DNA from: Candidatus Staskawiczbacteria bacterium RIFCSPHIGHO2_02_FULL_42_22
Lineage (GTDB): Bacteria > Patescibacteriota > Minisyncoccia > Minisyncoccales > Staskawiczbacteraceae
Direction: 5' to 3'
Assembly: GCA_001820175.1 (NCBI GenBank)
Contig: MHOT01000018.1
Span: forward strand, 15,401-73,703
Length of the DNA stretch: 58,303 bases
Shown here: positions 48,599 to 57,583 of the stretch, piece after piece
Layout of the letters: each line of letters starts with the position of its first letter
Numbering within the stretch: position 1 is the stretch's first letter
Position numbers and translations under genes: made by a program
Notes under the pieces: generated by a model
Told to the model about the DNA's origin: nothing
The model's input: only the letters and a program-made list of their open reading frames with translations
The model's database searches: none

Positions 48599-48978
48599 TA
48601 CAAGATTACTTTTTTAAATTGCTTTCTTATTGCCCTATAGTTTGGCATAGATTTGGCGACTATGTTCCAAAAATGAGGGGAGTGATTAAATTCTCCCAAG
48701 TGGCACAGTTCATGCAGGATAACGTAGTCCGATAATTTCTGGGGTAGTAGGGCGATTTTATAGTTAAAATTTAAGTTCCCTTTTTTAGAACAGCTACCCC
48801 AGCGGCTTTTTTGGTTTTTAATGGTAATTTTATTTACCTTAAATTGATAGAAGGTATTGAAATAGGTAATGCGGTTTTTTGCAAGTTCCATGGCTTCATT
48901 TTTGTAGCGGAGAAATTCGACACGGTTGCCCTTTTTTCTTTTTACTTTTACTCTGCGCCAAACGATTTTATATTTCAT
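48598..48978 (-). CDS. YgjP/DUF45-like metallopeptidase (short)
   Basis: KSRWGSCS, LNFN, DYVILHELCHL..FNHS..FW. Confidence 0.88.
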   Translation of the reverse strand: MKYKIVWRRVKVKRKKGNRVEFLRYKNEAMELAKNRITYFNTFYQFKVNKITIKNQKSRWGSCSKKGNLNFNYKIALLPQKLSDYVILHELCHLGEFNHSPHFWNIVAKSMPNYRAIRKQFKKVIL

Positions 48979-49098
48979 TAAAATCAACTATACCATAAAA
49001 TTCGCGGTCGCGAATTTTATGGTATCAGTGCACTAGTGACAATATTCTAAAAATATCATACGATGAGACAGGTTCTTTAACCTATCAAGGAGGTGGTT

Positions 49099-49839
49099 AT
49101 GCGCCAGTCGGTCAAGCGTGCGGTCCTTAGGCAGTTGAAAAAACGAGAAAAGAAAACCCTTATTAATGCCGATCGCATAAACCAATTTACAGTACTCATT
49201 CCAATGGGCCACAGAAAATATCGGTGGTCGGCCCGGCCAGAAAAATTGTATGGAGATGCCAGAAATATTCGGGGTGATGCTTCAAAGATCTGGGGTGATT
49301 GTTCTCATATTTCTGGCAATGTTTCCGAAATTAGGGGTAATGTGAGCCGTATCCGGGGAGATGTTACCAATCTTTCCGGAGATGTAAGCCGCTTATTTGG
49401 CGATGTCACCGATATACACGGAGATGTTACCAATCTTTCGGGAGACGCCAGTGGATTATGGGGAGACGTCACGCGGCTCCGGGGAAACATCACCGCTATC
49501 ATTGGAGATGTAAGCAACCTCCGAGGCGATTGTTCAGGAATTGAGGGCGATATCTCTAAAATTACCGGAGATTTGTCGGGAATTTTAGGGGATTTTTCCC
49601 ACATCACCGGCGATGTCACCAATATTTACGGTGATGTAACTCACATCCAGGGAGATGTTTCCTGTATTTCTGGCGATGTTTCAGGGCTGCGAGGCAACAT
49701 TTCTTCTATTTGCGGTGATGTCACCAAGATTTGGGGAGATGTTTCAGGTATTAAAGGTGACGTTTCGGAAATTTGCGGCGACATGACGGGAATTAAGGCA
49801 ATCGCCCAAGAAATACTGCTGGTGCTTCAGAATCGTTAA
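49099..49839 (+). CDS. Heptad-repeat protein, 26 x G[DN]xxxxx
   Basis: AAGGAGGT SD; perfectly phased 7-aa units at 49252-49797. Confidence 0.85.
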   Translation: MRQSVKRAVLRQLKKREKKTLINADRINQFTVLIPMGHRKYRWSARPEKLYGDARNIRGDASKIWGDCSHISGNVSEIRGNVSRIRGDVTNLSGDVSRLFGDVTDIHGDVTNLSGDASGLWGDVTRLRGNITAIIGDVSNLRGDCSGIEGDISKITGDLSGILGDFSHITGDVTNIYGDVTHIQGDVSCISGDVSGLRGNISSICGDVTKIWGDVSGIKGDVSEICGDMTGIKAIAQEILLVLQNR

Positions 49840-49938
49840 TGCAACTGTTTGACTGAGGTGTTCAAACGCCTATCATCAGGGCCCTTTGGTTTGCCAAGGG
49901 GTCTTTTTTAAATTCACTGCGACCTGAACTTGGGCGCG

Positions 49939-50334
49939 CTATATTTCCATTACCAAACTTGCTATTAGGACTGCCAAAGATAGTATAAATATAAATGCAG
50001 AGTTAAATCGTGCCTTAGAGGTGAGGGTGGTTTTAGTTAAATACACCAGAGCTAATTTTTTATCTTCTTCTATATCGCTTGCTCGCAGCGCTTGAACTAA
50101 TCGAAGGTTTTTTACCAGGTTAGCTCTTTTTGTTTCAATGTGGGTCCGGTGGCCGAAGTATAAAACAAATCCAATGGTTCCGATATACCAGGCCACTTTA
50201 ATTCAAAAGGGATCCAGTAAAAAAATAATCCGGTAGGCGATGGTGGCTGCGAGGCCAGATAAAAAGAAAAACCAGCGCCAAAAAGGGGCGCTCGCCTCAA
50301 TTTTTTCCCCTGCGGTATCTTTTTTTGATTTCAT
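49939..50334 (-). pseudogene. Membrane-protein gene interrupted by one in-frame TGA (codon 44)
   Basis: Single frame from ATG 50334: ...GLAATIAYRIIFLLDPF*IKVAWYIGTIGFVLYFGHR...; stop at 50203-50205. Confidence 0.6.
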
Positions 50335-51034
50335 TTTTTGAACGTAAATAATATTTTCTTTTTTGGGGTGAGAATTTTTCAATGGCGTAACGCAGCATCG
50401 TTCTTGGCATGCTCCGGTAGTGTTTATTTAAAAACATTATTTCCGTTTTTGGTGAGCGTTTTCCTACTTCGCGCAACATCCATCCGGTTGCTTTGTGGAT
50501 TAAATCATGTTGGTCACCAAGCAAAATGTTTGCAATTTTTAAGGTTTCGTTAAATTTGTTTTTCTTGATGAAATGAAATGTTGCAACGATTGCCATTCTC
50601 CGTTCCCATAGATTTTTTGACCGCGCCATCTTTAAAAGTATTTTTTTGCTTCTACCAAAAAAACAATCCCCCAATATATATTCTGCTGAAGTATCAACCA
50701 GATCCCAGTTATTAACGCATTTTTTATTTTTCAGATAAGAATGAACAATTTCTTTTTTAATTTTTTGGTCGCCCTTTTCATATTTGGCGACCAGAATTTC
50801 AAGGCCCACAAATCGGTATTCGTGAATAGGGCTTTTTAGTAGTTTCTCAACATCGTTTAAGGGTAAAGACACAAATGCATGAGATATGTTTCGCTGCACA
50901 GGAACCGTAATGCCTAAAAATATATCGCCGTAACCGTACTGGCCCTCGCCGGTCTTAAAAAACCGCGACGAAGTTTTAGCCCTCTTGGGATCAGCCAATT
51001 TTTTAAGCTCATCAATTAATGCTTTTATTTTCAT
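50297..51034 (-). CDS. AlkD-like DNA alkylation repair protein
   Basis: FFKTG.GQYG.GD.FLGITVP, NNWDLVD, LWERRMAIV, DLIHKA.GWMLREVGK, MPRTMLRYAIEK. Confidence 0.9.
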   Translation of the reverse strand: MKIKALIDELKKLADPKRAKTSSRFFKTGEGQYGYGDIFLGITVPVQRNISHAFVSLPLNDVEKLLKSPIHEYRFVGLEILVAKYEKGDQKIKKEIVHSYLKNKKCVNNWDLVDTSAEYILGDCFFGRSKKILLKMARSKNLWERRMAIVATFHFIKKNKFNETLKIANILLGDQHDLIHKATGWMLREVGKRSPKTEIMFLNKHYRSMPRTMLRYAIEKFSPQKRKYYLRSKNEIKKRYRRGKN

Positions 51035-51077
51035 ATGGTTGAATTGTTTAAAAATATCCTAAACCAAAAAATCTTCG

Positions 51078-52187
51078 TTACCTGGTAGTTTCTTTAAGCT
51101 CGATTTTTTCTTTTACCCTCTTTACCTGGAATGTTATTCTGCCCAGCACTTGTCCGCGTTCATTTTCCACGTATATTCGCCACGCCCCCGCTTCCAGGTC
51201 GCTTTCAAAAGAATATCCCTTGTAACCCTCTTTCCGTCCGCCGACAATGGCAAATGACAGCAATCCTCGGTCTACCCAGTCCTTTTTGATTGGGTCGTAA
51301 TATTGCCAATGGTGAACGATGGTAGTTTGCAATTTTGCGGGAGCAAAAATAGCCGTGTATAAATATATTTTTTCGCCCGACTTTGTGTGTACCGTTTGGC
51401 CGGGAATCAATCGTTGCCATAACGTTTCCGGTTCGCCTTGCATAATGTAAGATCCGCGGGAAACCATGATGCCATGGTAAAGCCCTGCTTCCCTAAGCGA
51501 TAGGGGAATTGGCGGAATAATGTTGGTAAAATATAATACATTCATTAATAGTAAGACGGCAAAAATTCCAATGAGCATTTTTTGTTTTACGCGCCTTTCT
51601 TTTATTGGCAGCAAAAACACAATAAATGGGTAAAAAATACCAATGCTCAAAACGCCGGCCAAAAGGAAAACCCAGGACCCAAGCGAGTTAAACATAAACG
51701 GCAGCATCAAAGAAAGCAACGACAGGGTGGTAAAAAAATAAATGCCGATTTGGATGATCGGATTTAAAAAATAATGCCGGAAAATATCGTTTGATGCCAT
51801 TAGCACCACCACAATAGTGATAATCGGCCAACTGACCGACAGGGTTCCGGAAAGCCAGTAGAAAACCAGGGAACTTCCCAGGAGCGCGCCGAAGGTAAAT
51901 TGGATTGCCAGGGGGGCAAACAGCCGGAGGTACTTTAATTTTTGAGGCAGTGCGCCGGCATCAAAGAAGTGTATAAAAACAATGGTGGCACCTAAAACCA
52001 GCCAGTATAGCAGAAGTAGAGCAAAAGTAGTGGTGAGGCGAATACTGGTAAAGGTGAAATAATCAATCAAAAAACCCACCACCAAAGTGACTGGCATCAG
52101 CAACCTTTCGTAGCGCATATAAAAGGATTTAATTTGCCGGTAGTGCGATGAAAAATCTAAGAGTCGTTGCATATGATTCAAATTCAT
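51078..52187 (-). CDS. Multi-TM protein with a C-terminal DUF2914-like domain
   Basis: About 7 hydrophobic helices; YTAIFAP..L.T.I.H.W, GGRKEGYKGYS, GAWRIYVENERGQVLGR. Confidence 0.8.
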   Translation of the reverse strand: MNLNHMQRLLDFSSHYRQIKSFYMRYERLLMPVTLVVGFLIDYFTFTSIRLTTTFALLLLYWLVLGATIVFIHFFDAGALPQKLKYLRLFAPLAIQFTFGALLGSSLVFYWLSGTLSVSWPIITIVVVLMASNDIFRHYFLNPIIQIGIYFFTTLSLLSLMLPFMFNSLGSWVFLLAGVLSIGIFYPFIVFLLPIKERRVKQKMLIGIFAVLLLMNVLYFTNIIPPIPLSLREAGLYHGIMVSRGSYIMQGEPETLWQRLIPGQTVHTKSGEKIYLYTAIFAPAKLQTTIVHHWQYYDPIKKDWVDRGLLSFAIVGGRKEGYKGYSFESDLEAGAWRIYVENERGQVLGRITFQVKRVKEKIELKETTR

Positions 52188-52210
52188 TATACCAAATAAA
52201 ATTTAAACAA

Positions 52211-52370
52211 TAGACCTGTTGCGTATTAAGGATTGTTACGAAAATTGAAGATTTTGAGCCAGAAATTTGATAGAATTTTTCGGCTTGCCTCCAGGCCCGC
52301 CGAAAAATTATAGCAAATTTCTGGCCGAAATATGCAATTTGCAGTAAATCCTTAATACGCAACAGGTCTA
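52211..52370. mobile_element. Family A short form (160 bp; lacks both internal modules)
   Basis: Same TIRs; equals the long form minus the 42-bp and 75-bp inserts. Confidence 0.9.
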
Positions 52371-52417
52371 ATAAAAATACCTGCAAAAATATAAAATATC
52401 TTTGCAGGTACTGGTTA

Positions 52418-52840
52418 TTAGTGGGTCGTTGCTATTTTGGCGCGGCGCTGTCTTTGATAGCATACCCAACAAAGCGGTGGATGAGATGTTGTAATAATCT
52501 TCGTCTTTTTGCACTGGTTGCAACATCCAACCCTACTTTTGTTGTGGCAGTTCGAGCAGATGGGACCGTCTTCAGTCCGCTTTCGCACTTGCTTGACCTC
52601 CTTGCACCGAGAGCACTGCTCGCGTTTGGAAGGGTCCTTGTTGTAGCAGTTCGAGCAGACGGGACCATCTTTAGTCCGCTCCGCCACTCGCTTGACCTCC
52701 TTGCACCGAGAGCACTGCTCGCGTTTGGAAGGATCGTGGTAACGATCCTTGTCGTAGCAGCTCGGGCAGATCAATTTTTTGGTCTTGCGACTGCGATGAA
52801 CGGTTTTCCATTTCTTGCAAACATTGCAAATGTCCAGCAT
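52418..52840 (-). CDS. Cys-rich repeat (multi zinc-finger-like) protein
   Basis: Eight CxxC motifs; 99-bp tandem duplication; AGAGGAGGT SD. Confidence 0.8.
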   Translation of the reverse strand: MLDICNVCKKWKTVHRSRKTKKLICPSCYDKDRYHDPSKREQCSRCKEVKRVAERTKDGPVCSNCYNKDPSKREQCSRCKEVKQVRKRTEDGPICSNCHNKSRVGCCNQCKKTKIITTSHPPLCWVCYQRQRRAKIATTH

Positions 52841-52931
52841 TTATCACCTCCTCTTGGTTGAAGTTTTGTGAAAGAACGAGTTGATCAATGTTACTTTAAA
52901 CTATTATTTATTATTTGTCAAAAAACGGTGG

Positions 52932-53235
52932 TATAGAACAAACATTATCACTTCGCACTCCAATTCTTGACGGATTTGCCAATCTTGGGCAGTTTTCGCA
53001 AAAAATATGTTTGCCGTAGCTACGGCTACGCCAAACATATTTTTTGGAGACGGGGCGAATTTGTTGTGACAAATTACGCCTCGCGTCTTGACTCCAAGCC
53101 GCCCAATATTCGAGGATAGCGAAGGGAGTAAATATGCCGCAGTATATTTACTCCCAAGCGACGCAGAATATATGCTTATCATATATTGCCAAACCGCCGG
53201 CGACTTTAGTGCAAAGTGATAATGTTTGTTCTATA
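52932..53235. mobile_element. Family C long form (304 bp) with two inserted hairpin modules
   Basis: Inverted copy of 46405-46587 plus inserts at 53047-53091 and 53111-53187. Confidence 0.9.
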
Positions 53236-53264
53236 GATTCCGTGTCAATCTTTTGTAAAGTTTA

Positions 53265-53430
53265 ACGAGATTGCTTCGTCGCCCTTCGCTGTCCAGACAC
53301 GAGGCGTAATTTGTCGCAACAAATTTAACCGTCTCTGGCTCAGGGCTCTAAAGTCGCGAGATTTTTCTCGCCTTTCGGGCGGGAAAAATCTGGCGACTTT
53401 ACGTAATGACGGTGGGGCGCGAGGGGTTAC
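53265..53430. repeat. Family D right arm with two inserted modules and GGGGTTAC shell end
   Basis: Modules at 53292-53335 and 53349-53401. Confidence 0.8.
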
Positions 53431-53476
53431 AAATTAAAAAATTGATATCATGCAATAAAAATTGTACAATGAACAC

Positions 53477-54646
53477 ATGAAAATAGAAAACATCTCTTTG
53501 GGGATATGGATACCCCGGGCATCAATGCATCTAAAAGAAATGTATCACTTTTTCAGTGGAGAAAAGATGCCGATCGCGGGTCTTGGCGCCCAGAAATTAG
53601 CAAAATTAAGAGAATCATTGGGAATTATAAAAGTTGATTTTATCACCAAGGCCGAGTTTGACGAAGTCCATGTGCTATGCCAAGCGATCTATATTACCAT
53701 ATCGTCAGAAGGGACCATTATTTTGCAATTAAGGAAAGATGACAAAGGGGATTTGGCTTTTGAAAATGCGGCAATGCTCGAGCATTTTTTTATTGAAAAA
53801 CTTTCTCCGGCGGTTAATTATCTTTTTAGTTTGGGGGCGCCTTTGCCCAAGGAATTGCAGAATATACGAGAGGCGTATCCCACCATTGTCATCGTAAAAG
53901 ATGCTTTTGAACAAGAACTAAATCAATTTATTAAAACCCAAAAGATTGAAATCTATTCCAGGGATATTTCTGAAAAATTGGATTTCTTTTTCGGGGAAAA
54001 AACTAGCATTATTAATGTGAAGCATGACGCGGTTCCTAAAGATATTTTGCTGCAAGAGATGATATTTCTAAAGGAATTTCCCATGCAGCTTAAAAATTAC
54101 CTTGCGGTACACCGGATGGTATGGGAAAAAGTAGATAACATCAGGGAAGTAAAAAGCATTGCATACAAGGATTTTACCCGCATCAGGGAGCAAATGAACG
54201 GTTTCCTAAAAACACTTTCACTCATGAAAGCCCGACTGGCGCAAATGGAGGATATTATAGAAACCAAAAAGGAAATAAACAATGCGATGTCTCAAGAAGG
54301 GTTGAAAGATATCAATATCCATAGAATTAATAATTTCATCGGGGACGTCAAATATGTTAAGGATTTATGGGAAATGACCATTGACTATGTCAAAGATACT
54401 TTAAATTTGATAGAATCAGTGTCGCGAGAAAATATCCAGCGAGAACTGAGCGCATTGAAGTTCGTTGCCTTAATCGGCGCCATTACCAGTTTCTTTGGCA
54501 TGAATATTGCATTTCCCTGGGAAGACCGTTGGGATGCGATTTTTTTGAGTTCCCTGGCCGTCATTGGTATTATTATTTTTGTTTCATTTACCTTCTATTA
54601 TTTTTTAAAGATATTTATTTACAACAGAAAATTTAACATGAAGTAG
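53477..54646 (+). CDS. CorA-like divalent cation transporter (divergent)
   Basis: Long helical region followed by two C-terminal TMs with the GMN signature (FFGMNI). Confidence 0.6.
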   Translation: MKIENISLGIWIPRASMHLKEMYHFFSGEKMPIAGLGAQKLAKLRESLGIIKVDFITKAEFDEVHVLCQAIYITISSEGTIILQLRKDDKGDLAFENAAMLEHFFIEKLSPAVNYLFSLGAPLPKELQNIREAYPTIVIVKDAFEQELNQFIKTQKIEIYSRDISEKLDFFFGEKTSIINVKHDAVPKDILLQEMIFLKEFPMQLKNYLAVHRMVWEKVDNIREVKSIAYKDFTRIREQMNGFLKTLSLMKARLAQMEDIIETKKEINNAMSQEGLKDINIHRINNFIGDVKYVKDLWEMTIDYVKDTLNLIESVSRENIQRELSALKFVALIGAITSFFGMNIAFPWEDRWDAIFLSSLAVIGIIIFVSFTFYYFLKIFIYNRKFNMK

Positions 54647-54650
54647 ATAT

Positions 54651-54971
54651 TAGACCTGTTGCGTATTAAGGATTTGCTCGAGACGCGAGGGTTACCGGCT
54701 CAGCCGGAACCCCCGTCTGTAGCAAATTGCATATTTTGGCCAGAAATTTGCTATACCTAGTATAATGTGTCGCTCGTTCGGAAAGGAATAATTGCGATTT
54801 TTCCTTTCCTCTCTCGCTTAGCACATTATAATTTTTCGGTCAAGATGTGGGTAAATTTGTAGCAACAAATTTCCCCATCTCCGGGCCCTCTAGGCAAGCC
54901 GAAAAATTCTATCAAATTTCTGATCCAAAATCTTCAATTTTCGTAACAATCCTTAATACGCAACAGGTCTA
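54651..54971. mobile_element. Family A element (321 bp) with an extra 43-bp hairpin
   Basis: Long form plus insert at ~54678-54721. Confidence 0.9.
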
Positions 54972-55029
54972 TTCAAAATATGGCAAAGGTCGAGTTATAA
55001 TATGCAAAAATATATTTAAATTTAAAAAA

Positions 55030-55190
55030 TAGACCTGTTGCGTAATAAGATTATATGCGAAACGCAGCAATTTTTAGGTAAAAAATCAGAAAAATCTGGA
55101 GGTTTGCCCAAGGGCAAGCCGACAGATTTTTATGGTTTTTGAACGAAAATTGCAAGTTGCAGCGTAAATCCTTATTACGCAACAGGTCTA
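55030..55190. mobile_element. Divergent family A element (161 bp)
   Basis: TIR TAGACCTGTTGCGTAATAAG / CTTATTACGCAACAGGTCTA; different but still palindromic interior. Confidence 0.85.
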
Positions 55191-55195
55191 ATATC

Positions 55196-56674
55196 ATGGA
55201 AAAAATAAATAAGTTATTGAACATTAAAAACATTTTATTGCTTTCAGTGTTGGTTTTTTCTTTGCTGGTATTTGTTAATCCCGGTATTCTTTTTGGACAA
55301 GCTGCGCCGCAAAAAGAAATCTGCAATGGTGTGGACGACAATGGCGATGGACGGGTTGATGAAGGGGTAAATTGCGACCATTATCTAAGTTATCTTATCG
55401 ACAAATCTATTAATCCGGTTAACGTTGTTTTGCGCGATCAATTTATTCAACCCACGGATTTTCAGGCGGTTTCCATTGAGCGGCTCTTTAATCCGGCGGT
55501 AAAAACTCACGGAGGCATAAAATTCAAAGCAAGCAGACCAGACCTTCACTACTTGGCCTATAGAGTCAAAACCCCTGCTACATTCACGCCGCGCTCCGTG
55601 ATTATAGAAAACCAATTTGAGCGTAATGTTATATCAGTCACCAATCCTCGGTACTTATTGACTCCAACCGGTAAACGGAAAATAGGCATTACCGACCAAA
55701 CACTTTCTTTAATGCCCGTATCAGCGGCTAAGAAATTACTTGAAGCAGTTGCGCCATCGATTCCGAAAAATGCCAATCATTACCTTTGCTATGATATAGA
55801 GCCCTACGATGTTTCTTTGGCGGCGTCTGTGAAAGATCAATTCCAAAATAGGGGATTTGAAGTGGTCCGGGCGCGTTATTTTTGCAACCCCGTAGAAAAA
55901 ATGCATAATGGAAAGGTGAGTGAGATTATTGATAGAAATAACCATTTGACCTGTTATGAAGTGATTCCCCATAACAAGGTGAACCGAAAAGTGGTGACCC
56001 GCGATCAATTTGGGGCGAAATTACAGACCGCAATTAGGACGGAAGAAATCTGTGTTCCAACCATTAAAACCCACATAGATGAACCCGTCTGCGTCCAGCC
56101 CGATGATCAGGGTACGGCCGTTATTTTTGCCAGTGACAAAAAATTCCAAACCACCGACGGCCACTTGGTTGTTATTCAACCATCAATGGGATCAAATGGC
56201 CTGACGGCCGACGGCATCCTCATGAGTGGTCCCGATACGGTTATTAATCGAGGTGGCAGTCCATCTGAAGGGGAAACATATACATTTGAAACCGAAATAC
56301 TCCAAATGTCGCTTTCAAGCGGACGTGTTTTGAATGTTCCCATGAACGGGCAAATAACCACAGAGCCGCGTACGCCCGGCGAGGCAATTCAGTCCTTTGA
56401 TACTGAAATGTTGCAACTGCAAGGGCAATTACCTCCAGGCGACCCTGACTTTGATTTGCTGCGCATTACCGCAGGGAGCGGCTTTGGCCTGCCAAGCCCT
56501 GGCCACACGACGCTCACGCGTAGCGGCACCAAGTACTGGCATGTGGACAGCTTTTTTGACATCACCTACCGCATTGATTTTGTCGGCGCTCCTGGCGGAG
56601 CATACGCGGGTATGAGCGGCTCAACCACCGCCACCATCAGAATGCAGGGCTCTTGCTCAATGCCGAATTCATAA
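55196..56674 (+). CDS. Secreted multidomain protein
   Basis: Signal peptide; EICNGVDDNGDGRVDE motif; repeated HY/HL-x-CY and (N/D)QF units; distinct C-terminal domain. Confidence 0.8.
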   Translation: MEKINKLLNIKNILLLSVLVFSLLVFVNPGILFGQAAPQKEICNGVDDNGDGRVDEGVNCDHYLSYLIDKSINPVNVVLRDQFIQPTDFQAVSIERLFNPAVKTHGGIKFKASRPDLHYLAYRVKTPATFTPRSVIIENQFERNVISVTNPRYLLTPTGKRKIGITDQTLSLMPVSAAKKLLEAVAPSIPKNANHYLCYDIEPYDVSLAASVKDQFQNRGFEVVRARYFCNPVEKMHNGKVSEIIDRNNHLTCYEVIPHNKVNRKVVTRDQFGAKLQTAIRTEEICVPTIKTHIDEPVCVQPDDQGTAVIFASDKKFQTTDGHLVVIQPSMGSNGLTADGILMSGPDTVINRGGSPSEGETYTFETEILQMSLSSGRVLNVPMNGQITTEPRTPGEAIQSFDTEMLQLQGQLPPGDPDFDLLRITAGSGFGLPSPGHTTLTRSGTKYWHVDSFFDITYRIDFVGAPGGAYAGMSGSTTATIRMQGSCSMPNS

Positions 56675-56716
56675 TGGTTTATCGCCAATAGTATCGATAA
56701 AATTAATAAAGGATAC

Positions 56717-56956
56717 CAGTGCCTCACTAATATAATTTTGAACCCTGGTTCAAAATTATATTAGGGCGCTTCCGTAAATACCTTCCCCAAAATTAGGTTC
56801 AATGCGCCCTGAATATCAGTACTGTAATTGAGCAAAATCTTGAGCCCTACCTTGGGTAGGGCGAAGGACTTTGCGATTGAGTAGTGCTGATAGTCAGGGA
56901 TGCGGTGGGCGTAAGATGGGGAAGCTATTTACGGAAGCGCCCTTAGTGAGGCACTG
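56717..56956 (+). ncRNA. Candidate rod-shaped structured RNA
   Basis: Nested inverted repeats with several G.U-compatible pairs on the + strand and a central unpaired bubble. Confidence 0.5.
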
Positions 56957-56992
56957 ACTCGAGGCACAGACTTCTTGAGTAATCCTGTGCAA

Positions 56993-57037
56993 TAGATCTG
57001 TTGCACAATATGTTTTGCATATTTCGCAACAGGTCTA
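56993..57037. mobile_element. Minimal family A relic (45 bp)
   Basis: TAGATCTGTTGC...GCAACAGGTCTA. Confidence 0.75.
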
Positions 57038-57045
57038 ATAAATAT

Positions 57046-57498
57046 ATGGAAAAACTTCGTATGCAACCGTGGATTTGGGTGCTCGTTGCCCTTTTTGCGG
57101 TTGCGGCTATTATTTTTTTTGTTTTTAACAATAAATCAGCGTCAAATCCGGTAACAACCGAAAGCGAATCAGTCCAAGATATTAGTCCCCAGGACACCGG
57201 TGTTATGGCTAGCGCAATTTCGTATGCCAATGCATTGGTAAAATACGCGGATCGAAGAATCCAACTTGATACCATGTGTCAAGCGCATCCCAGTAACGTA
57301 ACCTACAAAGATAATACCGGTATCATGATTGACAACCGGTCTCCGCAAACCCGCACCGTTAAAATCGGCACTACATTCACCATAAAGCCATGGGGATTTA
57401 AAATCGTCGTTTTACCCGATGTTTACCTAAAATCAAACACCATTTTAGTGGATTGTGATAATTCCCAAAACGTAGCCACCATTTTGGTTCAAGAATAA
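57046..57498 (+). CDS. Membrane-anchored hypothetical protein
   Basis: N-terminal TM; C-terminal beta-rich domain with two Cys; terminator hairpin at ~57525-57566. Confidence 0.75.
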   Translation: MEKLRMQPWIWVLVALFAVAAIIFFVFNNKSASNPVTTESESVQDISPQDTGVMASAISYANALVKYADRRIQLDTMCQAHPSNVTYKDNTGIMIDNRSPQTRTVKIGTTFTIKPWGFKIVVLPDVYLKSNTILVDCDNSQNVATILVQE

Positions 57499-57583
57499 TA
57501 TCAAGCGCATTGGTAACACTTTGCCGCAAAAAGAAAATCCCCACTATCGGGGATTTTCTTTTTGCGGTAAATGAATTTTTTTC

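Noticed and set aside
50203-50205. TGA recoding (genetic code 4 or 25)
   Set aside because: Several clear genes end in TGA (e.g. 28776, 29229, 32895) and long genes read through without internal TGA.
52129-52386. Small ORFs across family A elements (also 54847-55032 and 57769-57996)
   Set aside because: Chance open frames in palindromic repeats; not preserved as equivalent ORFs among copies.
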